Positions 10,735 through 19,470 of a stretch of DNA of 64,000 nt are shown here, piece by piece (the stretch's first letter is position 1; every line of letters begins with the position of its first letter). Both the position numbers and the translations under genes were made by a program. The notes below the pieces were generated by a model. That model made no database searches and was not told where the DNA came from. It saw only the letters and a program-made list of their open reading frames with translations. The DNA is taken from IMG/VR virus record IMGVR_UViG_3300027996_002186, positions 372,001 to 436,000 of that record; one strand, given 5' to 3'.

Positions 10735-11178
10735 TTCAAAAGCTATATCAATAGAAGAAATCCAACTAAGTGCTGCTTCTGACATAGATTCAATATATTT
10801 CTTGAAGTTATCAACATTACTTACCCACACAACATTATTTTTCACTAGATAAATATTAGATAACTTACAATTATATCTACTCTCAAAGTGATCAATTGTT
10901 AATTTTAATTCTTCATAAAAATCATTACTAAAATTAAATTCCGAGTTTTTATGTGCTTCTCTAATCATAATTAGATCTATCATCAGACCGCGTTTTATAT
11001 TAGTCATATCTAATTCATTGTGGTCCTCAATAATGTCTTTGCCGCCCATTGATGCTATATTTACAAGATTAACATCGTGAAATCTCATACCAAAATCACA
11101 GACATTACCAAATATATCTTTAATATCATGAAAATTCATATCATCAGTAAAGTCCTCGAATAATTTAATATACTTCAT
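10711..11178 (-). CDS. Hypothetical protein, CTS-like N-terminus, dispersed paralog family
   Basis: MKYIKLFEDF; DIKDIFGNVCDFG; TAATATATA 4 nt upstream. Confidence 0.8.
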   Translation of the reverse strand: MKYIKLFEDFTDDMNFHDIKDIFGNVCDFGMRFHDVNLVNIASMGGKDIIEDHNELDMTNIKRGLMIDLIMIREAHKNSEFNFSNDFYEELKLTIDHFESRYNCKLSNIYLVKNNVVWVSNVDNFKKYIESMSEAALSWISSIDIAFELNDTVDN

Positions 11179-11215
11179 ATTGTATATATTAATATAATTT
11201 CGTATATTTGTTTAA

Positions 11216-11380
11216 ATGGAAAAAATAAGAACTAAAAGAAAAGGACCCACTGATGGTTATACTCCTATTGGAGAAGCATTATGTCAGGGTAAATGTGATA
11301 CAGAAGCTAGAAGAACTAAATCTGGTATTGTAGTAGTTTGTGATGCTTGTAAAAGAGTTGTTATTGATAATAGAGACTAG
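11216..11380 (+). CDS. Small zinc-ribbon-like protein (54 aa), not in ORF track
   Basis: MEKIRTKRKGPTDGYTPIGEALCQGKCDTEARRTKSGIVVVCDACKRVVIDNRD*; 5 nt after TATATTTG; stop abuts next ATG at 11381. Confidence 0.75.
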   Translation: MEKIRTKRKGPTDGYTPIGEALCQGKCDTEARRTKSGIVVVCDACKRVVIDNRD

Positions 11381-11647
11381 ATGAAATGTAGATGTATTGA
11401 ATCGTTTAAGATAAATGATTTTATTTGGGAAGTTGGTCAGGTATATGAATATACAACCAACACACATGAAGAAACTGGATTTATTATTTATTCTGTACAT
11501 AGTGACTCTCTCTACTTAAATCGTATGCAGCTTACTGATAGTTTACCAATGATGGAAGATAAATTCCGAAAAAGATTTGATGATAGAGAAGAATTAAGAG
11601 AAAAAAAACTAAAACAATTATTTAATGAAACTAACGAAAATAGTTAA
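11381..11647 (+). CDS. Hypothetical protein with C-terminal RxxKL tag
   Basis: Ends LREKKLKQLFNE; N-terminus resembles the 15673 and 17614 proteins. Confidence 0.75.
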   Translation: MKCRCIESFKINDFIWEVGQVYEYTTNTHEETGFIIYSVHSDSLYLNRMQLTDSLPMMEDKFRKRFDDREELREKKLKQLFNETNENS

Positions 11648-12191
11648 ACAGATTGCATTATTAAATGTGATAATTTTTATCATATCATATTCTATGGAGT
11701 TTTCATTTTATGATCAATTCGCTCTTTTCCCAAATGGTAGCGAATTATTCCAAACACACCAATATATAACACATATGTTTCTACATGCATCACCAACACA
11801 TATAATTTTTAATATGTTGGCTTTTTTATCCTTTGGATCTAATGTTGAGAATTTCTTTGGTAGTAATAAATTTATAGTATTCTACTTACTATCAGGACTA
11901 GGAGCAGCCTTTCTGCATATAATCATAACCGGGAGTCAATCTCCGGTGGTTGGTGCGTCAGGTGCAATCTTTGGTGTACTATTAATCGCCGCTATTCTTA
12001 ACCCAGAACAGAAATTTTACTTATTCTTTATACTACCAATAAAAGCAAAAATAATTATACCATTAATACTAATATCTGAATTATATTTCGGATTAATGTA
12101 TCCTACTGACCATATAGCACACTTTGCTCATATAGGTGGATCACTAACTGGAGGGTTATTTTACTTAGGAAATAAATTCATAAAAAAATGA
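11625..12191 (+). CDS. Rhomboid family intramembrane serine protease
   Basis: THMFLH..HIIFNM, GASGA (catalytic Ser), AHFAHIGG (catalytic His), about 6 TM helices. Confidence 0.95.
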   Translation: MKLTKIVKQIALLNVIIFIISYSMEFSFYDQFALFPNGSELFQTHQYITHMFLHASPTHIIFNMLAFLSFGSNVENFFGSNKFIVFYLLSGLGAAFLHIIITGSQSPVVGASGAIFGVLLIAAILNPEQKFYLFFILPIKAKIIIPLILISELYFGLMYPTDHIAHFAHIGGSLTGGLFYLGNKFIKK

Positions 12192-12754
12192 AAAACAAAT
12201 TATTAATACTAGACCTAGACGAATGTTTATTTCACTCAGTTTATAAAAGTGAATTTAGTACTCAAAGTTACGACTTCATAAAAAACTCATTTGAGGTTTT
12301 AGATGGTGTGTATAGAACTATGTTTCGGCCTCACTTACTAGAATTCCTAGAATTCGCATTTGAAAACTTTAATGTTGCTGTTTGGACAGCGGCTGGGAAA
12401 GAATATGCTGAATTCATTTTAAACGAAATGGAACTTGATACAACAAAATTAGAATTCTTTTACACTGAGAAAAACTGTACTCCGAAATATGATTATGGTG
12501 AAGGATGGGGAATGGGTCACTATGTATATAAGAAAAACATTACTAAGCTAAGTAAGAAGGGATATGATATGAATAAAGTATTGATGGTTGATGATAAACC
12601 AGAACATATTGATTCGTATGGTAACGTTATTAAAATACCTCCTTTTTATGGAGACACTAATGATACTTACTTATTGAAGTTAAAGGAATACTTAAAGGAA
12701 ATAAAAGATGAACCCAATTATCGAAAAATCGAAAAAAGAGGGTGGTCTAATTAA
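12188..12754 (+). CDS. HAD-superfamily phosphatase, FCP1/NIF-like
   Basis: LILDLDECL, RPHLLEFL, VWTAA, MVDDKP. Confidence 0.9.
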   Translation: MKNKLLILDLDECLFHSVYKSEFSTQSYDFIKNSFEVLDGVYRTMFRPHLLEFLEFAFENFNVAVWTAAGKEYAEFILNEMELDTTKLEFFYTEKNCTPKYDYGEGWGMGHYVYKKNITKLSKKGYDMNKVLMVDDKPEHIDSYGNVIKIPPFYGDTNDTYLLKLKEYLKEIKDEPNYRKIEKRGWSN

Positions 12755-12792
12755 CTCTAATTAGGAAATATTTTTATTATGGATTGTATATT

Positions 12793-12801
12793 TAATATAT
12801 A
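12793..12801 (+). promoter_or_regulatory. Putative late promoter TAATATATA (representative of about 17 copies)
   Basis: 4 nt before ATG 12806. Confidence 0.65.
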
Positions 12802-12805
12802 ATTT

Positions 12806-13210
12806 ATGAATCATTTAAAAAAATATGATGAATTTGTAAACGAGAATTTTTCAGATAGTATTAAGAAAGCTTATAATAGTACTAAACAGAAAGTAAAAGA
12901 CTTTAGTATTAAAGGATTATATAGAGATAGTGTTGATTTTACTAAGAGTTTTTGGGAAGCTACTAAACGTGAAGGTAAAGAAACTAGTCAAGCAATTGGT
13001 ATTTTAAGAAAAATGATTAAAGGACAAGAGGTTAGTGACCAAGAGAAATCATTCTTTAAAAAACAAGCTGGTGATGTTGCTAAGATATTCCCACTTATTG
13101 CAATACAAGGAATACCAGGTGGGTCGGTTGCTATAACTCCATTATTGAAAATTATCGGTAATAAATATAACTTTAATCCATTCCCATCCAAGACTGAGTT
13201 AGGTGAGTAA
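12806..13210 (+). CDS. LETM1-like domain protein with CTS-like N-terminus
   Basis: MNHLKKYDEFVNE; EGKET..EK..FKKQAGDVAK..PLIAIQGIPGG..PFPS. Confidence 0.55.
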   Translation: MNHLKKYDEFVNENFSDSIKKAYNSTKQKVKDFSIKGLYRDSVDFTKSFWEATKREGKETSQAIGILRKMIKGQEVSDQEKSFFKKQAGDVAKIFPLIAIQGIPGGSVAITPLLKIIGNKYNFNPFPSKTELGE

Positions 13211-13301
13211 AATTCTTGACAATATATCCTTATCTTAAATTTATCTTATAATTTTACCAGATAAGTATCAATACTAAATAATATTTCCTTACTTTTATAC
13301 T

Positions 13302-13673
13302 ATGAATCCAAGTAGAATAGAAAAATTTATAGACCAAAAAATAAAAAAGCTTTTAGTTGAAGGTGAATCATACTCTGTTGTGATTAATAATCTTAAAGAT
13401 AGTATTGATAGATTCCAAAAAAGACCGGATTTTATAAGAGTAAGTAAAAAATACTTATTAAAAAACTGGATTCAAATTAATTTCAAAAAAAGATATACAA
13501 CTTATTATGTTATATACTCAACTAAGAGGTTGCATGATATGGAATGGATTATTAAAAATACAAGTAAGTTCCCAACTTATCAAAGATCTAAGATGTTTGG
13601 TCTTGTTAATTTGAAAGATAAGTTATCAGAAAAGAAATTATCCTCGAATATTTTCATTGAGGTTACTGTCTAA
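13302..13673 (+). CDS. Hypothetical basic protein
   Basis: 123-aa ORF after TACTTTTA promoter variant. Confidence 0.65.
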   Translation: MNPSRIEKFIDQKIKKLLVEGESYSVVINNLKDSIDRFQKRPDFIRVSKKYLLKNWIQINFKKRYTTYYVIYSTKRLHDMEWIIKNTSKFPTYQRSKMFGLVNLKDKLSEKKLSSNIFIEVTV

Positions 13674-13712
13674 ATCCTTTGATAATTCAATAGTTTTCCT
13701 TATCTTTATAGT

Positions 13713-13937
13713 ATGAAAGATAGAAAGGAAATATTATGGTCAGTACTCGAAAAATATGATGGTATCTCGAAGTTAAATAAATTTTGTGACTCTATCTCTA
13801 AATTCATACAAGATAAGCAAAATGGTGACGATATAATTAACGTGTACCAATCTTTTGATAATATCGAAAAATCAGATCTTAGAAAAATAAAAAATACAAT
13901 TGGTGTAGATATAGACTATTTTTTATTTTCTATCTAA
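13713..13937 (+). CDS. Hypothetical protein
   Basis: 74-aa ORF after TTTG-N19-TATCTTTA. Confidence 0.65.
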   Translation: MKDRKEILWSVLEKYDGISKLNKFCDSISKFIQDKQNGDDIINVYQSFDNIEKSDLRKIKNTIGVDIDYFLFSI

Positions 13938-14010
13938 ACTTCATGTAACATCATGATACCCTATACTATAATATTACTCGGTTTTTTACTGTTTATCACA
14001 TATGGATTTT

Positions 14011-14844
14011 TTATGGAACACCTCTTCTTCCCGCATGATTTCTTGGTACTGGTGTTGTTTTAATTCTTAATTCTTCTTCTTTTATTTCTATATCCCTAAG
14101 GGCATCTTTAATTTCTTCTTCTTTATACAAAAGTATATCTTCTCTATTCTTAATATCTTTTATATTAATTTCTAAATTCTTTTCTTTTTCTGTTACAATT
14201 TTCAAATCTTTATCAATTTTTGATTTTAACTCTATATACTTTCCATCAATGTCTTTTGATGATTCTAGTATAGTTCTATCAAGGTTTCTTTCCTTTTCGT
14301 TTATATCTTGTAGTTTATCTTGAACATCTAATTCTCTATCTTTTACTTCTTTATATTTATTTCTTAAATCATCTTCTTTTTTATCTAATGATTTGATATC
14401 CTCTTTATATTCATTCTCTCTCTTTTCAACTCTATTGAGTCTAATATCAATTTCTTCTTCTTTACTCTCAATCACTTTTTCTCTACTATTTAATTCAGAT
14501 TCTTTATTTTCTATTTCCTTTAAACGATATTCATCGACTTGTATACCATCATCTTTACTCATAGATGATAATATCATATCCTCCATGAATGGAATCAATT
14601 TATTAGCCAAGGTCTTTGGTGATGGTAACTTATTTATTTTTATAAGTGAGTGTAGTTCTGCCTTCCAATCGACCAATTCAAAAAAGTCAGGGTTGTTGTC
14701 GATTATATCTCTATCTATCTTTACATCTTCTCCTTTTACGTTATAAACGTATTCGTTTAATATAGTACCTAACTTCAATATAAAAATTTTCTTATCAGGG
14801 CTCAAGTATTGAAACTCTTTTATACATTTATGTTTGATTTTCAT
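14011..14844 (-). CDS. Coiled-coil protein
   Basis: Long heptad-like K/E/R-rich repeats (KEEE/RE) in the C-terminal half. Confidence 0.75.
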   Translation of the reverse strand: MKIKHKCIKEFQYLSPDKKIFILKLGTILNEYVYNVKGEDVKIDRDIIDNNPDFFELVDWKAELHSLIKINKLPSPKTLANKLIPFMEDMILSSMSKDDGIQVDEYRLKEIENKESELNSREKVIESKEEEIDIRLNRVEKRENEYKEDIKSLDKKEDDLRNKYKEVKDRELDVQDKLQDINEKERNLDRTILESSKDIDGKYIELKSKIDKDLKIVTEKEKNLEINIKDIKNREDILLYKEEEIKDALRDIEIKEEELRIKTTPVPRNHAGRRGVP

Positions 14845-14881
14845 AATAAATTTTTCAAATTTTAATTATATATAAAAAACC

Positions 14882-14912
14882 TTTGTTTTTCTTTCAATTT
14901 TGACTATATTTG
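14882..14912 (+). promoter_or_regulatory. Bacteroidota housekeeping-sigma promoter (-33/-7); probably also drives the RNase P RNA
   Basis: TTTG(14882)-N19-TATATTTG(14905). Confidence 0.8.
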
Positions 14913-14918
14913 TTAGAT

Positions 14919-15419
14919 ATGACAAAAGAGCAATTAGATAATCTTATTTACTTCACATTTCATTTCCACCAAACTATGGATATAAAAGTGTTTGAGTGTG
15001 ATAGAGATTATCTAATTGAAAAATGGAATAAATATATTGGTGTAAAACCAAAATCAGTAAATTTATCATTTGAGTTTTTTTCTGAAAATATGATTTATTT
15101 TCATTTAAATATAAGAAGATGGTTTACAAAATGGGATAAAAAAGGAGAACACTGGAATGAAATATTACCAGTTATTAACTTCATCAATGAAATTAACCTT
15201 TTAGACCCAGTTGGTAGACGATACCATCTCCATGAGCAGCAATTTACAAAGCAAATGACACCAGAAGATTTGGTTATGTTATTTAATAAACATATTGGTG
15301 ACGAAAAAGAAATTAATAAAAAAGAATACAATTCACTACATCAGTTAATTAGAAACAAAGTAACGAATTGGAAAACTAAATTACAAAGAGAATATAATCT
15401 GATGTTAGTGTTGGATTAA
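14919..15419 (+). CDS. Hypothetical protein, C-terminal tag variant
   Basis: Start moved to ATG 14919 (the track's TTG lies inside the promoter); ends LQREYNLMLVLD. Confidence 0.7.
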   Translation: MTKEQLDNLIYFTFHFHQTMDIKVFECDRDYLIEKWNKYIGVKPKSVNLSFEFFSENMIYFHLNIRRWFTKWDKKGEHWNEILPVINFINEINLLDPVGRRYHLHEQQFTKQMTPEDLVMLFNKHIGDEKEINKKEYNSLHQLIRNKVTNWKTKLQREYNLMLVLD

Positions 15420-15423
15420 AAAG

Positions 15424-15655
15424 ATTAGTATAAGTCAGAGAAGCTATCGCCGGTCCCGAAAGGGTGGAATATACTGGAGAAACCTCGACACTACTGAACC
15501 TAACGTGGGAGACAGTCTTCGGATAGTCGTTTTTACCACGGAAGTAGCGACACGTACAGACCTAGGGTATCGGTTCCCCTTTGATGGTCGGGTTTGTGGC
15601 AATAGATAGATGATAGCATAAAGCAAAATGTTGGGTAAGCTCAACTTATACTAAT
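15424..15655 (+). ncRNA. rnpB: RNase P RNA, minimal bacterial type A-like (catalytic domain only)
   Basis: P1 15424-35/15644-55 (12 bp perfect). P2 GCUAUCG/UGAUAGC. P3 CCGGU/ACUGG. P4 ACC-U-CGACA/UGUUG-GGU with bulged U15485. P5 CUAC/GUAG. P6 GAACC/GGUUC pseudoknot. P7 CGUGG/CCACG. P15 CACG/UGUG, P16 GACC/GGUC, P17 AGGG/CCCU. L15 GGGUU. CR-I GAGAAACCUC, CR-IV AGAUAGAU, CR-V GCAAAAUGUUGGGUA. Confidence 0.93.
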
Positions 15656-15672
15656 TTTTTAATAAAAAATAT

Positions 15673-15879
15673 ATGAAGAAAGGTGATAAATTAATCTGTA
15701 TTAATGAAGTAAATAACTTTTTAAAACAACCTCTTTTTGAAAAGAGTAAAACATATGATGTACTTTATGTAGATAATGAGGATGTTGAAGTTATGGTTTG
15801 TTTAAATCATAACTTATACGCGAATGAATATAATTCCTTCCCATTAGATTGGGTTAATAAAAACTTTAAACATGTATGA
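15673..15879 (+). CDS. Small hypothetical protein (SH3-like MKKGDKLIC start)
   Basis: 68-aa ORF directly after the RNA gene. Confidence 0.7.
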   Translation: MKKGDKLICINEVNNFLKQPLFEKSKTYDVLYVDNEDVEVMVCLNHNLYANEYNSFPLDWVNKNFKHV

Positions 15880-15943
15880 TAGAGAAACTAAATAAGGTTT
15901 AGACAATATAAGATAATATAGGATAAAAAAATATAAGAATAAT

Positions 15944-16531
15944 ATGTTTATAATTGACACAAATAGAGAAGATGTACTAAAAGATTTCCCATTCGTACAA
16001 GAATGGATAGACACTGCTCAGAAAGTTTTTATTAAAAAAGAAATCGATGAATCAAAAATAGAGTTTTATTACTCCTATGGGTTTTTTGTACCTAAGGTTG
16101 ATGATAAACAAGAACTATATGAAGATATGTATGAAAAGAGTTCTAAGATGTTATTTGAAGACAGATTAACTTTTGAGTTATCTAAGGTACGAGTTAATAT
16201 AACTATGAAGATCGGTAAATTTATACTATCTAATAGATTAGAGAAAGGAAGTATACCAGAAATAATTAATAGTATTGTTAAGGAAATAACTAAAGTTAAA
16301 ATGACAATAGAGTCAGAATATCATGACAACCAAGATGTGGTTGATTCTATTCCAGAAATTGATCCAGAGATAATAAAATTCGAATCGGTTAAAGAAATTG
16401 TGAGTAGTGATTACTCCGAGACTCCTGATTTTGATATTGATTTAATACTTGATAAAATCAATAAAAAGGGATTGGATGCATTATCTGATGAAGAAAAAGA
16501 ATACTTAGATAAGAAAAGCAAAGACCTTTAA
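15944..16531 (+). CDS. Hypothetical protein with C-terminal DUF6576-like module
   Basis: C-terminus FDIDLILDKINKKGLDALSDEEKEYL. Confidence 0.7.
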   Translation: MFIIDTNREDVLKDFPFVQEWIDTAQKVFIKKEIDESKIEFYYSYGFFVPKVDDKQELYEDMYEKSSKMLFEDRLTFELSKVRVNITMKIGKFILSNRLEKGSIPEIINSIVKEITKVKMTIESEYHDNQDVVDSIPEIDPEIIKFESVKEIVSSDYSETPDFDIDLILDKINKKGLDALSDEEKEYLDKKSKDL

Positions 16532-17343
16532 TGGATAGTAATAAAATATACAAAGGTGATTCTTTACAATTATTAAAGAGTATGTCTGATAATTCGGTAG
16601 ATCTAATTATCACATCGCCACCTTATGCTGATTTAAAAACTTATATTGATTTTAAGGGAATACTTGCTGATGATTATGTAGAGTGGTTTTTACCTTATTG
16701 TAGTGAAATATGTAGAGTTATGAAACCCACTGGTTCTTTTATTTTAAATATAAACGATAAAGTAGAAAAAAGATTTAGACACCCTTATGTTTTTGATTTA
16801 ATATCAGAGTTACATAAGAGAACAGACTTAAAATTATTCGAGAGGTTGTTTTGGAATAAAATGAAAGGTCTTCCTAATAGATATAGGTTTGGTGATAGAG
16901 TTGAATATTTATTCTGGTTTGCTAAAGATAAAAGTTTCTATTTCAATATAGATGAAATGAGAACAGAATATTCTGAAACTTCTATCAAAAGGATGAAGAA
17001 ACCACTAAAGAAGAGATATGCTAGGGATGGAGATTGTGATGAATATAAATCTTGGGCACCAAATCCAAAAGGAGCATTACCAACAACACTTATAAATATA
17101 TCATCAGAGTCTAAAAAGATTGCTGATAGTCACGTTGCGGTTTATCCCATCGAGTTGGTCAAGTATTTTATAAATGGATCAACCAAAGAAGGTGATGTTG
17201 TTTTGGATCCATTTATGGGAACTGGTACAACAGCTATAGCCGCAAAAGAATTGAATAGGAATTATATTGGATTTGAATTACAACCTAATTATATAACTAT
17301 TGCTGAAAAAAGAATAAAAGATTATGATAAGAATATCAAATAA
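16531..17343 (+). CDS. Orphan beta-class DNA methyltransferase (probably m4C)
   Basis: Catalytic TSPPY precedes SAM-binding LDPFMGTGTT. Confidence 0.92.
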   Translation: MDSNKIYKGDSLQLLKSMSDNSVDLIITSPPYADLKTYIDFKGILADDYVEWFLPYCSEICRVMKPTGSFILNINDKVEKRFRHPYVFDLISELHKRTDLKLFERLFWNKMKGLPNRYRFGDRVEYLFWFAKDKSFYFNIDEMRTEYSETSIKRMKKPLKKRYARDGDCDEYKSWAPNPKGALPTTLINISSESKKIADSHVAVYPIELVKYFINGSTKEGDVVLDPFMGTGTTAIAAKELNRNYIGFELQPNYITIAEKRIKDYDKNIK

Positions 17344-17617
17344 TACTAGTAAAGTAATATCAATTAAAAGGTATTATAAAGAAACTGATGATAGTACTGA
17401 TGTTGATAGCTTCGTAATAATACCTGGTGTTACTATTTATAGTAGTATCTACCAAAGAAAAAATACGCTTGTTTTTGTAGAACAAACAGGAAATTCTTTA
17501 ATTGTTGAGTTTCTTTCAGAAGGTGATCTTGAAAGATTTTTTATACAACTAATGAGAGATACTAAATTAAATCAACTAATGTATAATGTTGATCCAAAAA
17601 ATAATATCAATGGTTGA
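17324..17617 (+). CDS. Hypothetical protein with RxxKL tag
   Basis: LMRDTKLNQLM near C-terminus. Confidence 0.7.
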   Translation: MIRISNNTSKVISIKRYYKETDDSTDVDSFVIIPGVTIYSSIYQRKNTLVFVEQTGNSLIVEFLSEGDLERFFIQLMRDTKLNQLMYNVDPKNNING

Positions 17618-17850
17618 AAGCTTATTGTAAAAGGACATTTATAAACAATGATGAAATTAGGTGGGGTAGAGATAAGTATTATCAAACAATAACACCAGAA
17701 GATTATGAGGTGGAAAATGGTATTCATATTTATATATTGATGGAAAACCATATTCAAAAGTTTTATCCCTTATCGAAAAAGGATTTCGATAAGTATTTTA
17801 TCGGAATTGATGAAATTAGAAGTAGTAAAATTGAGAAAATATTAAAATGA
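17614..17850 (+). CDS. Hypothetical protein with RxxKI tag
   Basis: TTG start overlapping upstream stop; ends EIRSSKIEKILK. Confidence 0.7.
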   Translation: MKAYCKRTFINNDEIRWGRDKYYQTITPEDYEVENGIHIYILMENHIQKFYPLSKKDFDKYFIGIDEIRSSKIEKILK

Positions 17851-18602
17851 AAAAATTCTTAACTGATAAAGAAATAATGAAATGGAATGATATTGTGAAA
17901 AATTATATCATAAAATCATACGATGGTCGTTATTCATCTGTTCCTGATATACTAATATTTAAAGATGTAAGTGATCCTTGGGGTGGTCAGTCTATGGAAC
18001 AAGTACCAGAACCAAACATTAAATATAACTTAACATTCTCTGTTAGTTCTAACAGAACTGAATCTTTTTTTGATATTCTTGAAAAGACTTTAAGTGCTGA
18101 ATTCTTGACAAATTTATCTATTACGAATAATGATAATTCATCGGACAAAATGACTAATGAGACAAGGAAATTAATTAAACCTGATGTCGGTGTCTTGGTA
18201 AGTAAAAAATCAGAACAACATGAAGTTATAAATAGAACATTCACCAGATATACTTATAAGTTCTCTGGTGAGTTAACTAGTATAATGGCTTATGTTTCTT
18301 GTATAACGGATACTATAAACTATTTCCAAATGATATGGGGATATGATGATAATAAAGAACATTGCTTATTACAATACCCTATTGGATCAATTGTTTCAAA
18401 AATAAAAGATAAATCAAAAGATTATTTAATATTAGAATATGATTTTTCAAAAAACACAAATGATATATTTGAGATAAAATATTATGTTTCTGAAATGTTA
18501 AATACTAACTCAAGTATTATACAATATGGAGAATCTATATTGTGTGATGAAGATGAATTATGCCATAGTCGAAATAATAGAATTGATGATATTTTAAATT
18601 GA
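17847..18602 (+). CDS. Hypothetical protein with RxxRI tag
   Basis: ATGA overlap; ends SRNNRIDDILN. Confidence 0.75.
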   Translation: MKKFLTDKEIMKWNDIVKNYIIKSYDGRYSSVPDILIFKDVSDPWGGQSMEQVPEPNIKYNLTFSVSSNRTESFFDILEKTLSAEFLTNLSITNNDNSSDKMTNETRKLIKPDVGVLVSKKSEQHEVINRTFTRYTYKFSGELTSIMAYVSCITDTINYFQMIWGYDDNKEHCLLQYPIGSIVSKIKDKSKDYLILEYDFSKNTNDIFEIKYYVSEMLNTNSSIIQYGESILCDEDELCHSRNNRIDDILN

Positions 18603-18633
18603 TTTGTTTAATTGATTTTTATCCTTATATTTG
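18603..18633 (+). promoter_or_regulatory. Bacteroidota -33/-7 promoter
   Basis: TTTG-N19-TATATTTG. Confidence 0.8.
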
Positions 18634-18656
18634 TTCAATAACTTAAATTATTAATA

Positions 18657-18974
18657 ATGAAAAAGGGTGAATGGAACGGTCAAACTAAGACCGAATTTAA
18701 TAAGAACTCAAAAAGAGTTAAAGATATCGTTACTAAGAGTAACGGTAATAAAGATAAGGCTATTGCTTTATCAACGACACAAGCAAATAGAATAACTGAT
18801 GAATGGAAAGCTATCAACAGAGCTATGGCTGCTAAACAAGCACCTTACTTAGATGATAAAGAATATGGAATGTATGAAAGTGTATTTGAGGTATTCTTCC
18901 AAAGAGCTTTTGAATTAGGATCGGTTTCAAAACAAGATTATCGAAATTACAAACTTGAGAAATTAGGAATATAG
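18657..18974 (+). CDS. Hypothetical early protein with RxxKL tag
   Basis: Perfect host-type promoter upstream; ends YRNYKLEKLGI. Confidence 0.8.
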   Translation: MKKGEWNGQTKTEFNKNSKRVKDIVTKSNGNKDKAIALSTTQANRITDEWKAINRAMAAKQAPYLDDKEYGMYESVFEVFFQRAFELGSVSKQDYRNYKLEKLGI

Positions 18975-19023
18975 CATGTGTGAATTTAGAGACAAATTAG
19001 AAACAAAAACAAAAAAGTAAATT

Positions 19024-19419
19024 ATGGATAGTAAAGAAGTGCAAAAAATAAAAGTATCAAATGAATTCGTTGATATTTATACAAATTTTAATGTTGTGAC
19101 TCAAGTAGAGAACATGAAAAGATTATCAAAAAGAGAACAATATCTTTTGTTATTAGTTTGTTTGGATAAACATTCAGATGAAGACCCTGTTGTTGTACAC
19201 AACTTCATAGATTTCAAAGATCAGTGTATGCAAATATTTGATATACAAGATGATAAAGAAACAGAAGATGAAGTTCTAAAAGAATTAATAAAAGAAACTG
19301 GTGATAAATATATCGAAACTGATAACTTAATTTGTCAAAATGGTGATTCATTACCATCACCTTTCAGTAAAGAAGAAGTAAGAGATGCTAAAATTGATAT
19401 CATTAATAGTGTCGTATAA
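19024..19419 (+). CDS. Hypothetical protein with RxxKI tag
   Basis: Ends VRDAKIDIINSVV. Confidence 0.75.
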   Translation: MDSKEVQKIKVSNEFVDIYTNFNVVTQVENMKRLSKREQYLLLLVCLDKHSDEDPVVVHNFIDFKDQCMQIFDIQDDKETEDEVLKELIKETGDKYIETDNLICQNGDSLPSPFSKEEVRDAKIDIINSVV

Positions 19420-19451
19420 TTTGGTATTTTAATATAAATTGAGTATATTTG
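19420..19451 (+). promoter_or_regulatory. Bacteroidota -33/-7 promoter
   Basis: TTTG-N20-TATATTTG. Confidence 0.8.
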
Positions 19452-19470
19452 TATAATTATAAATTATAAC

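Noticed and set aside
15444-15644. 66-aa minus-strand ORF in the track
   Set aside because: It is the antisense shadow of the RNase P RNA: atypical composition and no promoter, and the region is fully explained by RNA structure.
15424-15655. Group I intron, tmRNA or riboswitch as alternative identities for the structured RNA
   Set aside because: It interrupts no gene and has no tRNA-like ends or tag ORF, while the RNase P helices and CR-I, CR-IV and CR-V all occur in the right order.
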